In this document: positions 7,707-16,651 of the stretch, piece after piece | How positions within the stretch are numbered: the stretch's first letter is position 1 | How the letters are laid out: every line of letters begins with the position of its first letter | Origin: an uncultured Candidatus Saccharibacteria bacterium | GTDB lineage: Bacteria; Patescibacteriota; Saccharimonadia; Saccharimonadales; OMJO01 | Direction: 5' to 3' | Assembly (NCBI GenBank): GCA_964494415.1 | Contig: CAZBRC010000001.1 | Coordinates: 1-36,746, forward strand | Length of the DNA: 36,746 nt | Notes under the pieces: generated by a model | Database searches by the model: none | Told to the model about the DNA's origin: nothing | Seen by the model: only the letters and a program-made list of their open reading frames with translations | Position numbers and translations under genes: made by a program

Positions 7707-7746
7707 ACTTTAAGCATGAGCAGCAAGGCTTGCCCTGCCCGAGTGA

Positions 7747-9945
7747 TTATTCTTCAGTTGTATCGTTGTAGTCGGTGGCTTCTTCTACTGGTCCTGCATC
7801 TGCTTGACCAAAGACTTCGCCAACAGAACTAATCAGCACTTCACGGGGCCGAGAGCCATCAGCCGGCCCCACTATGCCCTGTTCTTCCATCGTTTCAATT
7901 AAACGTGCGGCTTTGCCGTAACCAATGCGCAAGCGACGCTGCAGTAGGCTGGTGCTGGCTTTGCCGGCCTCCACCACTACTCGAACGGCATCCTGGAAGA
8001 TAGGCTCATCACCGGCGTCAATGTCTGCCGCCGAACCACTGCGGCCGCCGCCAATTTGAACTGGCTGGCTAATAATCTCTTCGTCATATTGTGGTGGTCG
8101 CTGCATGCGGATAAAATCGGTTACCTTTAAGGTCTCGTCATCAGAAATCAACGCACCCTGAACACGCTTTGGCTTGGGCATATCAGCCGTCAGTAGCAAC
8201 ATGTCACCTTGACCCAGCAGTTTTTCGGCACCAATTTGGTCGATAATTGTTCGTGAGTCAACCTGACTGGCGGTTGTAAAGGCGATGCGGGCCGGGACGT
8301 TAGCCTTTATCAATCCGGTAATAACATCGACACTAGGCCGCTGGGTAGCCAAGACGAGGTGAATCCCGACAGCTCGGGCTTTCTGAGCAATACGCACAAT
8401 CAGCGCCTCGACATCGCGGGCTGCCATCATCATCAGGTCGGCCAACTCATCAATCACAATTACGATGTATGGCATGCCTTCTTCTTTTTTGAGGTTGTTG
8501 TACTCAACAATATTGCGGCGATGCACGTCACTTAACGCTTTGTAGCGACGTTCCATCTCGGCCACGGTCCACTTAAGGGCGCTGATACATTTTTCGGGCT
8601 CGGTAATAACCGGTGTTAACAGATGAGGAATATCGTCGTACGGCTTCAACTCTACTTGCTTAGGGTCTACCAAGATAAGTTTAAGATCGGCCGGAGAATT
8701 GCGGTACAACAGACTGGTTAAGATCGTGTTGATCATGACTGACTTACCTGATCCGGTTTGACCAGCCACCAATAGGTGCGGCATGCGCGCTAAATCACCG
8801 ACAATCGGTGTGCCAGAAATGTCCTTACCAATCGCAAAGCTTAAAGGACTATTGAGCGCCTGCCATTCGCTTGACCCCATCACAGAACTAATCCGCACAT
8901 TGGCCGGTTTAACGTTGGGCACTTCTACACCCACTAAACGTTTACCCGGTATTGGTGCTTCGATACGAATTGAGTGAGCAGCCAAATCCAGCGCCAAGTT
9001 GTTGTCTAAGGCAGTAATCTTCGTCAGCTTTACCCCTGTTGGTGGCTTGAGCGTATACTGGGTCACGCGTGGACCAATGTTAGCCCCTTCCATATCAACC
9101 GGGATATTAAAGTTGTCCATGGTGTCTTTGATAATCTTGGCGTTGCCTTCAACGTCACCTGCGTCGGCTTTATCCTGTTTTTGAATCAGCAAGTCCATAC
9201 CCGGGAATTTCCAATCGGGGTCACTGGCAGTTGTCAGAGCCTGATGAACCTCAGTGGGTGCCAGTTTTTGGGCGCTGTTACGGAAACTACTCAAGCGAGC
9301 ACCCTTGGCGCCATGGTGTTCCACTGGTACACCCTCGTTTAACTTAAAGCCATTCTCGGCAGTTTGGGCCTTGAGTTCGGCTAAGTCGGTGTCATCATTT
9401 TTGGCCGGCTTGAGCAGCTCAAAGGGCTTAAGAATCGCTTTCGGCGATACGTCAAAAGCCATAAAGGCTGATAAAACAGCTAGTATAAAGAACAGTATGC
9501 TGGCTGGCACCTTATCAAGGGCATTCAGCATCACTCCGCCCACTAGATTACCAACCGAACCACCCTGTGCGCCGCTGATACTACCAGCCGACACCTCAGT
9601 GCCAAACGCTACCGCCACCCACGCCGCCGTGAACACTAAAAATGCCACCATGCTGGTGAGCTTGGCGAGCGGGATCTGGTGATCTTCACTTTTAAACTTA
9701 TAGACACCCCAAAAAACCAGCGCGACTGGTGTTAAGTAGGCTGTCCAACCGAGCGCCCAGTAGACGCCATTAAACATATTTTTAGGCAGTGCTCCCCCCG
9801 TACCAAAGCCGCCTAACAGCAAAAAGCCAGCCAGAATAATCATTAAAATGCCACCAGTCATCGGCCAAAAAACCGACGGTTCTGCAACTTCTTGGACTGC
9901 CTTCTTAGGGGCCTTTTTGCGAGTTTGTTTTTTCTTTTTTGCCAT
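7747..9945 (-). CDS. ftsK: DNA translocase FtsK
   Basis: N-terminal membrane segments, Walker A LVAGQTGSGKSV, Walker B IVIVIDELADL, and C-terminal gamma winged helix ASTSLLQRRLRIGYGKAARLIETMEEQGIVGP. Confidence 0.95.
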   Translation of the reverse strand: MAKKKKQTRKKAPKKAVQEVAEPSVFWPMTGGILMIILAGFLLLGGFGTGGALPKNMFNGVYWALGWTAYLTPVALVFWGVYKFKSEDHQIPLAKLTSMVAFLVFTAAWVAVAFGTEVSAGSISGAQGGSVGNLVGGVMLNALDKVPASILFFILAVLSAFMAFDVSPKAILKPFELLKPAKNDDTDLAELKAQTAENGFKLNEGVPVEHHGAKGARLSSFRNSAQKLAPTEVHQALTTASDPDWKFPGMDLLIQKQDKADAGDVEGNAKIIKDTMDNFNIPVDMEGANIGPRVTQYTLKPPTGVKLTKITALDNNLALDLAAHSIRIEAPIPGKRLVGVEVPNVKPANVRISSVMGSSEWQALNSPLSFAIGKDISGTPIVGDLARMPHLLVAGQTGSGKSVMINTILTSLLYRNSPADLKLILVDPKQVELKPYDDIPHLLTPVITEPEKCISALKWTVAEMERRYKALSDVHRRNIVEYNNLKKEEGMPYIVIVIDELADLMMMAARDVEALIVRIAQKARAVGIHLVLATQRPSVDVITGLIKANVPARIAFTTASQVDSRTIIDQIGAEKLLGQGDMLLLTADMPKPKRVQGALISDDETLKVTDFIRMQRPPQYDEEIISQPVQIGGGRSGSAADIDAGDEPIFQDAVRVVVEAGKASTSLLQRRLRIGYGKAARLIETMEEQGIVGPADGSRPREVLISSVGEVFGQADAGPVEEATDYNDTTEE

Positions 9946-10002
9946 TGACGCTGTAATTATACCTTACTTAATGGGCGTTTGTGGAGTTTCTACCATACGC
10001 TA

Positions 10003-10031
10003 ACTATAGCAAAAACTACAACATTTGTCAA
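10003..10031 (-). promoter_or_regulatory. consensus sigma70-type promoter TTGACA-17-TATAGT upstream of ftsK
   Basis: Minus-strand -35 TTGACA (10031..10026), exact 17-nt spacer, -10 TATAGT (10008..10003). Confidence 0.5.
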
Positions 10032-10061
10032 TGCTGTAGCTTTTGCAGTTCGCTCGTCCAA

Positions 10062-10319
10062 TTAGACGGCTGGAGCTGGTGGAGTACCGTCTGCAGGTGC
10101 AGTTGGATCAGCCGGAGCTGGTTCAGCTGGCATACCTGGAGCTGGGTCTGCTACAGGAGCCGGGGCTTCTGGAGCAGGAACGTCACCACCCTGGTCCCCG
10201 CCTTGGTCGCCTGATGGTGTAAAGACGCCATCGGCTGCGGGTGCTGTAGGATCAGCTGCTGGTGCATCCGGTGCGGGTGCGTTTGGGTCAGCGGCTGGAG
10301 CTGGATCGGTAGGATTCAT
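10062..10319 (-). CDS. hypothetical Pro/Ala/Asp-rich low-complexity protein (85 aa)
   Basis: ATG at 10319 is preceded by tAGGAAAacac. An extended -10 TGgTATAAA (reverse complement of 10358-10366) lies in the 63-nt gap after rnj. The product is PAPA/DP repeats with no signal peptide or TM segment. Coding status is uncertain because a low-complexity G+C-rich stretch keeps several frames open. Confidence 0.5.
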   Translation of the reverse strand: MNPTDPAPAADPNAPAPDAPAADPTAPAADGVFTPSGDQGGDQGGDVPAPEAPAPVADPAPGMPAEPAPADPTAPADGTPPAPAV

Positions 10320-10382
10320 GTGTTTTCCTATCTTTTATTTTTGTAATGGTACTTATGTTTATACCACGCAGTTGCAAGCTCG

Positions 10383-12488
10383 TCAATCAGAACGTGCTTT
10401 ATCTTGGCCGAGCAGACGGGCTCGCATTTCTTGAAAGCGTTGTTGTTGGGTTGCGGCGACTTCTTCTGGAGTCGGGTCTGCTGATGGTGGCGTACTGTCA
10501 CTGTCGCTGGCTTGGTCGTTGTTGCTGGCGCTCCGACCCTTTTCGCCAGACTTGCCATTCACGACATTGACGACGGGAATCACAATCGGGCTGCGTTGGG
10601 TGTGCTCAAACAAGAAGTGAGTAACGTGGTCTTTCAGCTCAGCCTTAAAGCGATCAAGATCGATCCGTTTAAAGCGTTGGCCAACTGCTCGGCGGAGTTC
10701 AGTTCGGAAGGCGTTCATGAGTTCTTCACTATCGCGCATGTAGATGAATCCACGACTAATGATGTCTGGGCTGGTTAGTAGTTGACCGGTCTTTTTGTCG
10801 ACTGTCAGGATAACAGCTACCAAGCCTTCTTCGGCCAGGACCAGTCGGTCTTTTACGACCACACCGCTGACGATGGCACCCGTTTGGTCAACTAAGACAT
10901 TACCGTGTGGCACTTCACCAGATTTTTCATAGCCGTCGGCGGTAAACGAGTAGGTTTCGCCGTTTTCGGCCATAATGACATCTTTACGAGCCCAACCTTC
11001 TTCAATGGCCATTTCTTGGTAGTAACGTCGACTTAAGTAACCGCCATAGATTGGCAGGAAGTATTTGGGACGAACAATGTGCAGGATTTCGCGCTTCTCG
11101 TCGCGGTGAGCGTGGCCAGAAACATGCAGTGGGCCCACGCCGTCGATCTCGTGGGTTGGGTGGCGATACAAATGGACGCCCTTCTGAGCCAATTCGTTAC
11201 CGATTTCATCATAACGAACTTCGTTACCAGGAATTGGTGTGGAGCTGACTACCACCGTGTCACCTGGGTGCAGTTTGATGTACTTGTGCTGACCCTCAGC
11301 CATACGTTGCAAGGCAGCATTTGGTTCGCCTTGCCCACCAGTACAGATCACGAGGATCTTGTCATCTGGCATGTTGGCAATGTCTCGCATAGTAACAATG
11401 GTGCCTTTAGGAATCTTGAGTAAACCTTGGCGGACGGCGATTTCGGCATAGCTCATCATACTCCGACCGTCTAGAGCCACCCGGCGGCCAGATTTGACTG
11501 CTCCGTTGATGATCATCTGTACACGGTTCATGTTACTGGAGAAAATAGCCGTAAAGATGCGACCCTCGGCTTTATCGATGATGTCGTAGAAGCTATCTTG
11601 CAGCGTGGACTCAGTTGGTGTGCGACCTGGTTTCTCGGTACTACAGCTGTCACTCATAAGTAACAATACGCCTTGATCACCGAGTTGGCGCAGACGCTCA
11701 ACGTCAGTTGGTTTTTCGTCCAGTGGTTCTGGGTCGAGACGCCAGTCACCAGTGTTGATGATACGTCCTACTGGAGTATGAACACTAATAACGCTGGATT
11801 CTGGAACGGAGTGTGTCACACGCACTAATTCGACCGTAAACGTGCCAAGCTTGAGACGTTCATGGTTATCCATGTTCATGACCATGAGTTTCGGCTCAAA
11901 ATGGAGGCCGGTATCGGCGGCAATATCCTCAAAAGTTTTCTGGACAACGCCCAGCGTAAACTGCGACCCGTAAATAGGAGCTGGGAATTTTGGCACAATG
12001 TGCTTGAGGCCGCCAAGGTGATCAAGGTGTCCATGCGAAATTACATAACCCTTAAGCTTGTGCTTGATGGTTTCGAGGTAGGTTGTGTCAGCCACCGTGT
12101 AATTTACACCTGGTAATTCAACACCAAGATAGTTGCCGCAGTCCAAGATAATGGCATCGTTCTGCCACTCCAAGACTTGCATATTTTTTTCACCGATTGC
12201 CTCTTGACCGCCCAAGAATGTTATCTTGAGCTTATCAAAGTCGTCAGTAACCTGGTTAGCCCGCCGTGGCTTAGTAGCTTCTGTTGGGTTAGCCAAAGCG
12301 TACTGATTCAAAGCCCGGTGTGCATCGTCCTGGGTGCGTTTTTGAGCGCGTAGAGCTGCCCCGCGGCTCGACTTAGAAGCCGTGCCCATCTGATTCTGGT
12401 TGTTGTTTCGTGCAGCTGGTTTGTTAGCTGGTCGCGACGCCGGTTTACGTCCGGTTGGTCGTTTGGGTTGTTGATTGTTGTTATTCAT
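10383..12488 (-). CDS. rnj: ribonuclease J (metallo-beta-lactamase/beta-CASP) with disordered N- and C-terminal extensions
   Basis: Motif VISHGHLDHLGG, beta-CASP region, GDTVVVSSTPIPGNE, and HVSGHAHRDE. A basic N-terminal extension of ~90 aa and an acidic/Ser-rich C-terminal extension of ~60 aa flank the ~555-aa core. Confidence 0.9.
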   Translation of the reverse strand: MNNNNQQPKRPTGRKPASRPANKPAARNNNQNQMGTASKSSRGAALRAQKRTQDDAHRALNQYALANPTEATKPRRANQVTDDFDKLKITFLGGQEAIGEKNMQVLEWQNDAIILDCGNYLGVELPGVNYTVADTTYLETIKHKLKGYVISHGHLDHLGGLKHIVPKFPAPIYGSQFTLGVVQKTFEDIAADTGLHFEPKLMVMNMDNHERLKLGTFTVELVRVTHSVPESSVISVHTPVGRIINTGDWRLDPEPLDEKPTDVERLRQLGDQGVLLLMSDSCSTEKPGRTPTESTLQDSFYDIIDKAEGRIFTAIFSSNMNRVQMIINGAVKSGRRVALDGRSMMSYAEIAVRQGLLKIPKGTIVTMRDIANMPDDKILVICTGGQGEPNAALQRMAEGQHKYIKLHPGDTVVVSSTPIPGNEVRYDEIGNELAQKGVHLYRHPTHEIDGVGPLHVSGHAHRDEKREILHIVRPKYFLPIYGGYLSRRYYQEMAIEEGWARKDVIMAENGETYSFTADGYEKSGEVPHGNVLVDQTGAIVSGVVVKDRLVLAEEGLVAVILTVDKKTGQLLTSPDIISRGFIYMRDSEELMNAFRTELRRAVGQRFKRIDLDRFKAELKDHVTHFLFEHTQRSPIVIPVVNVVNGKSGEKGRSASNNDQASDSDSTPPSADPTPEEVAATQQQRFQEMRARLLGQDKARSD

Positions 12489-12512
12489 AGTTTCCTTTCT
12501 GGAAATTAGAGA

Positions 12513-13100
12513 TTAATGTTTTGAATCCGAAATAAGTTTTAAAATGGTCGGAATTTGGGCAAAATCGTCGATTAAGGTTTGACGCATGCCTCCGTTATAC
12601 AAAGCGGCGGCCGGGTGAAACAGTGGGAGGTAAACCCTTCCCTGAAACCGTTTTGGTTGGCCATGCACTTTGCTTATCTGCAGATCTGGCAAGAAGCAAT
12701 TTAAGCTGTGACGACCAAGTGTTATGGTCAGTTTGGGCTGAATTACCTCTAGCTGTTCCTCCAGATATGGTAAGAACGCTTCTTTTTCTTCCGGCAGCGG
12801 ATCCCTGTTATTGGGCGGCCGGTATTTTACGATATTGGTAATGTACACGTCTGCGCGGCTAAGGCCAATCATTTCTAACATTTCATTAAGAAATTTACCG
12901 GCCGCCCCTACAAACGGTTTACCTTGTAGGTCTTCATTTTTGCCGGGTGCTTCGCCGATAAACACCAGTTCTGCACTGGGGTTACCATCGCCAAACACCA
13001 ATTGGGTGGCCGACGCGGCCAAATCAGGACAGACGTGATTCGCTATGATGTCTGCCCGTATCTGGTCAAGTCGTGCCAGTTTGCTGTCGGTTTTGGTCAT
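12513..13100 (-). CDS. uracil-DNA glycosylase, family-4-type
   Basis: Motif A FIGEAPGKNEDLQGKPFVGAAGKFL and motif B LFHPAAALYNG. Only two Cys residues occur in the whole protein. Confidence 0.85.
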   Translation of the reverse strand: MTKTDSKLARLDQIRADIIANHVCPDLAASATQLVFGDGNPSAELVFIGEAPGKNEDLQGKPFVGAAGKFLNEMLEMIGLSRADVYITNIVKYRPPNNRDPLPEEKEAFLPYLEEQLEVIQPKLTITLGRHSLNCFLPDLQISKVHGQPKRFQGRVYLPLFHPAAALYNGGMRQTLIDDFAQIPTILKLISDSKH

Positions 13101-13118
13101 GTATCTACTATTGTTAAT

Positions 13119-13340
13119 TTACTTGATTGCTCGTGGCCAGGTAATGGCTGCCCAGACGTAGTAACAACCCCATCCAAACAGCAGGATCGATAGCCCATAC
13201 AGCAACAAACTACCGTTGTTAATAGCTGCCGAAACAGCAATGTAGGCGATCACAAACAAGACGACAGACAGTATGCCCACATCTCGTCGGCCTAAACCCC
13301 AATGGTTTTTATTGGAAGCCTTAGCTTTGTTGTTTGCCAT
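13119..13340 (-). CDS. small membrane protein (two predicted TM helices)
   Basis: ATG at 13340 overlaps the pnp 3' end by 20 nt, with a G-rich AGGGGGGG ~9 nt upstream. Hydrophobic stretches ILSVVLFVIAYIAVSAAI and LLLYGLSILLFGWGCYYVWAAI. Confidence 0.55.
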   Translation of the reverse strand: MANNKAKASNKNHWGLGRRDVGILSVVLFVIAYIAVSAAINNGSLLLYGLSILLFGWGCYYVWAAITWPRAIK

Positions 13341-15492
13341 TCTTTTTACCCCCCTGACCTTTGTCTTGCTGCTCGCGGGCCGCCGCTTTCATGCTCAGCT
13401 GCAGGCGTCCACGGTCGTCAATAGCCACCAATTTTACGGTTACTTTGTCGCCTTCAGAAACAACATCACTGGGCTTGTTTACCCGTTCTTCACTCATTTC
13501 ACTAACGTGCACCAAGCCATCTTTACCAGGCAGGACTTGCACAAAGGCGCCAAAGTCCATCACGCTCACCACCGGAGCATCCTCGTAAATCTTGCCAACT
13601 TCTGGCTCGGCGACAATCATTTCGATCCACTGTTTAGCCGCGGCGATGCTCGCACCATCTGGGCTGGCTATCATCACTGTTCCATCATCTTTAATGTCGA
13701 TTTCGGCACCGGTTTCACCAGTAATCTTTTGGATGGTCTCGCCGCCCTTACCGATAATCTCACGAATCTTGTCAGGGTTAATCGAGATTGACTCGACGCG
13801 TGGTGCATATGGACTCATGTCGGTACGAGGACCAGACAGTGTGGTCAGCATATGACGCAGAATCTCGGCTCGGCCCTCTTTACCCTGCTGCAGCGCTTTC
13901 TTTAGGATGTCGACGCCCGAACCGTGGACCTTCATGTCCATCTGTAAAGCAGTAATACCCTTTTCTGTTCCGGCAACCTTAAAGTCCATGTCACCGGCAA
14001 AATCTTCGGCGTCGGCGATGTCACTCAAAATGTAGGCTTTTTTGCCGTCGAGCATCAAGCCCATGGCAATACCACTGACTGGCGCCTTTAGAGGCACACC
14101 GGCATCCATTAATGCCAAACAGCTCGAACACGTGGCGGCCATACTAGTAGAACCGTTCTGGCTCATAATTTCGGTCACGCTGCGGATAGCATATGGGAAG
14201 ACTGCTTCAGCTGGGATGACTGGCAGCAAGGCGCGTTCGGCTAAAGCACTGTGGCCAATTTCTCGGCGGCCGGGGCTGCCCAAGCGCTTAACTTCACCTA
14301 CGGTGTAACCAGGAGCGTTGTAGTGGTGCATGTAACGCTTTTCGACGTTCTTTTCCATGGTGTCGATAAGCTGGGCATACGATAGGGGTGCCAGTGTTAC
14401 GACGTTCAAAGCCTGTGTCATACCACGCGCAAAGATGCTTGATCCATGGGCGCGCGGCAGCAAACCAACTTCGCTAGATAACGGTCGGATTTCGTTTAAC
14501 TTACGGCCATCTGGTCGAGTTTCGGACTCCACAATACCCCTACGAACATCTTTGTGGATGGCCATAGTTAGGGCTTCTTCGTAAGCGGTTTTAACCTCGC
14601 CGTACATGTCGACACCTAGTTCGCCTTCGAAATGAGCGTGCATGTCGTCGCGCAAGGATTTGATTAACTCATTACGCTCTGGGTACGGTATACGGAGTTT
14701 GGCACCAAGTCGGTCTTTTACCCACTCGTCCATTGCCTTTTGGATGGCTTCATCGGGCAGAACCAGTTCGTATTCTTGGGCGGTAACACCAACCTTTTTA
14801 GCCAACTCTTGTTGTAGTTTGATAGCTGGTTGGTAGCTTTTGTGAGCAAACTCCAGAGCTTCGGCAACTAAATCTTCGCTGACTTCGTTGGCACCGGCCT
14901 CCACCATCATAATGGCGTCTTCTGTACCAGCTACAACCAGGTCGAGCGGGCCTTGGTCTAATTGTTCGACGGTTGGAAAGGCAGTTAACTTGCCGTCAAC
15001 TTGTCCGACACGTAAACCAGCGACTGGGCCGTCAAACGGTGCACCAGTAAGCGTAAAAGCAGCACTCATGGCAATCATGGCGATCATGTCAGGGCGGAAG
15101 TCAGGGTCCATGCTTAATACCGTCGCTACACCCTGTACTTCGTAGCGATAGCCCTTCGGCCACAAGGGTCGAATCGGGCGGTCGATCAGACGGCCAATTA
15201 AAACGGCGTCGTCAGATGGGCGACCTTCGCGCTTAACAAAACGGCTACCGCTGATTTTACCGGCTGCATAAAACTTTTCTTCGTAATCGATGCTTAGTGG
15301 GAAATAATCCATTCCCTGAACTTGTCGTGGACTCACCATGGCAGTGGCCAAAACTACCGTGTCGCCATAACGAGCAATCACCGAACTGGTTGATCGGAAG
15401 CCGACTCGGCCGGTCTCCAAGCTGAGTTCGCGACCACACAACTGGGTGCTCACCTTAATAATTTTTTTGCCAACGGCATTGACTGTACTCAT
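13321..15492 (-). CDS. pnp: polyribonucleotide nucleotidyltransferase (PNPase)
   Basis: 723 aa. Two RNase PH domains, a KH domain (IREIIGKGGETIQKI) and an S1 domain (GKIYEDAPVVSVMDFGAFVQVLPGKDGLVHVSE). Confidence 0.95.
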   Translation of the reverse strand: MSTVNAVGKKIIKVSTQLCGRELSLETGRVGFRSTSSVIARYGDTVVLATAMVSPRQVQGMDYFPLSIDYEEKFYAAGKISGSRFVKREGRPSDDAVLIGRLIDRPIRPLWPKGYRYEVQGVATVLSMDPDFRPDMIAMIAMSAAFTLTGAPFDGPVAGLRVGQVDGKLTAFPTVEQLDQGPLDLVVAGTEDAIMMVEAGANEVSEDLVAEALEFAHKSYQPAIKLQQELAKKVGVTAQEYELVLPDEAIQKAMDEWVKDRLGAKLRIPYPERNELIKSLRDDMHAHFEGELGVDMYGEVKTAYEEALTMAIHKDVRRGIVESETRPDGRKLNEIRPLSSEVGLLPRAHGSSIFARGMTQALNVVTLAPLSYAQLIDTMEKNVEKRYMHHYNAPGYTVGEVKRLGSPGRREIGHSALAERALLPVIPAEAVFPYAIRSVTEIMSQNGSTSMAATCSSCLALMDAGVPLKAPVSGIAMGLMLDGKKAYILSDIADAEDFAGDMDFKVAGTEKGITALQMDMKVHGSGVDILKKALQQGKEGRAEILRHMLTTLSGPRTDMSPYAPRVESISINPDKIREIIGKGGETIQKITGETGAEIDIKDDGTVMIASPDGASIAAAKQWIEMIVAEPEVGKIYEDAPVVSVMDFGAFVQVLPGKDGLVHVSEMSEERVNKPSDVVSEGDKVTVKLVAIDDRGRLQLSMKAAAREQQDKGQGGKKNGKQQS

Positions 15493-15522
15493 ATAAAAGT
15501 ACCTTTCTGGACAGTTGTCCTA

Positions 15523-15642
15523 TATTCGACACAGGGTGCAAATATATGGATGGCTTGTGCATCTCGCCATATATCTGGTCTCCGCGTCGAATAGATCTTA
15601 CCTATTAATGTGCACAAGCTTTGCATTCGGCTTTACCGAATG
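15523..15642 (-). promoter_or_regulatory. structured rpsO-pnp intergenic leader with several mutually exclusive or interleaved helices
   Basis: Complementary pairs read directly from the sequence: 15523-15530/15586-15593 (8 bp), 15542-15549/15567-15574 (8 bp), 15553-15561/15611-15619 (9 bp), and 15624-15630/15636-15642 (7 bp with a 5-nt loop). Confidence 0.45.
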
Positions 15643-15657
15643 ATGAGTCTGGGCACT

Positions 15658-15924
15658 TTATTTGCGCAGGCCGAGTTTTTTCACCAACGCCAAGTACGCT
15701 TTGCTGTCGCGAGCAGCTAAATACTTAAGAAGACGCTTGCGCTGACCAACCATCTGTAACAGACCACGACGGGCCATAAAGTCGTGCTTATTCTGCTTTA
15801 GATGTGCGGTTACTTCGTTGATGCGTTCCGTCAAAATAGCAACTTGGACCTCTGGTGAGCCAGTGTCCTTTTTTGAGGTTGCGACATCAGTAATAATCGC
15901 CTGTTTTTTCTCACTTGTTATCAT
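15658..15924 (-). CDS. rpsO: 30S ribosomal protein S15
   Basis: TGSPEVQVAILTERINEVTAHLKQNKHDFMARRGLLQMVGQRKRLLKYL is the S15 signature. AGGGG RBS. A possible extended -10 TGcTAAAGT lies 11 nt upstream of the ATG. Confidence 0.95.
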   Translation of the reverse strand: MITSEKKQAIITDVATSKKDTGSPEVQVAILTERINEVTAHLKQNKHDFMARRGLLQMVGQRKRLLKYLAARDSKAYLALVKKLGLRK

Positions 15925-15956
15925 ACGCTGCCCCTACTTTAGCACAGTCTCATCTG

Positions 15957-16640
15957 TTAATCAAGAGGTACATCGCCCAACTCGCTGCGGAGGGCAATAT
16001 CAACTTCTGTTGGATAAAGCACCGAGGAGTGGTCTTCTGTCGCCAAACTCAGAACAGCGTCCCACATAGCGCTGCGGGCAGCCTCTACTCTTTCTGGTAT
16101 AGGGTCTGTAGGATTTAACAAATTTGCATCATTAAAGGTGAAGTCATCAACAACACTACCGGATAAACGCACCGCTTGCAGCGCCGCCTCAACCAACTCA
16201 AAGCGTTTAAATGGATTCACATATTTCGCGTCATTGCGTGGTAACTCTGCCCCAAAGATCGCCCTGACAGCAGACGACAAGCCCCGTAGCACGGTGTTGT
16301 TATCAAAACCGTTTACTCCCCTTCCTGGACAACTTTCTGATGTCCCATCTCTCGCACGGGCGAAATACTCCCGTAAAACTTCGGCTTCTTCGGTTGTTGC
16401 AATTTTTGATCGAACCCCACCCCGAATAGCTTTTTCGTACCCCCCTCTTCGTAGATGTGGTTTTTTTTGATCACATGAAATCGCTGGCAAAGCGCAATCC
16501 CGGCCATCTGCTACCGTCAGCATATAGAACTCCCCCTCTCGAGGATTAGCAACTACGCAACAATCCTCTGCCCGGGCAATATACGGCTCTCCGCAGAACC
16601 GTTTAACTCTGACTGTCGCCGTGGGGACAAGCTCACTCAT
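15957..16640 (-). CDS. hypothetical protein (227 aa, Cys-rich N-terminal third), ORFan between truB and rpsO
   Basis: ATG at 16640 lies 11 nt after the truB stop, and the gene's stop lies 32 nt before the rpsO ATG. I recognise no motif; RibF signatures are absent. Confidence 0.65.
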   Translation of the reverse strand: MSELVPTATVRVKRFCGEPYIARAEDCCVVANPREGEFYMLTVADGRDCALPAISCDQKKPHLRRGGYEKAIRGGVRSKIATTEEAEVLREYFARARDGTSESCPGRGVNGFDNNTVLRGLSSAVRAIFGAELPRNDAKYVNPFKRFELVEAALQAVRLSGSVVDDFTFNDANLLNPTDPIPERVEAARSAMWDAVLSLATEDHSSVLYPTEVDIALRSELGDVPLD

Positions 16641-16651
16641 ATGGTCAATAT

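Noticed and set aside
9254-9682. 142-aa plus-strand ORF
   Set aside because: It lies entirely antisense to the well-supported ftsK gene, and it has no RBS or recognisable motif.
13273-13791. 172-aa plus-strand ORF
   Set aside because: It lies antisense to the pnp S1/KH region and has low-complexity, His-rich content.
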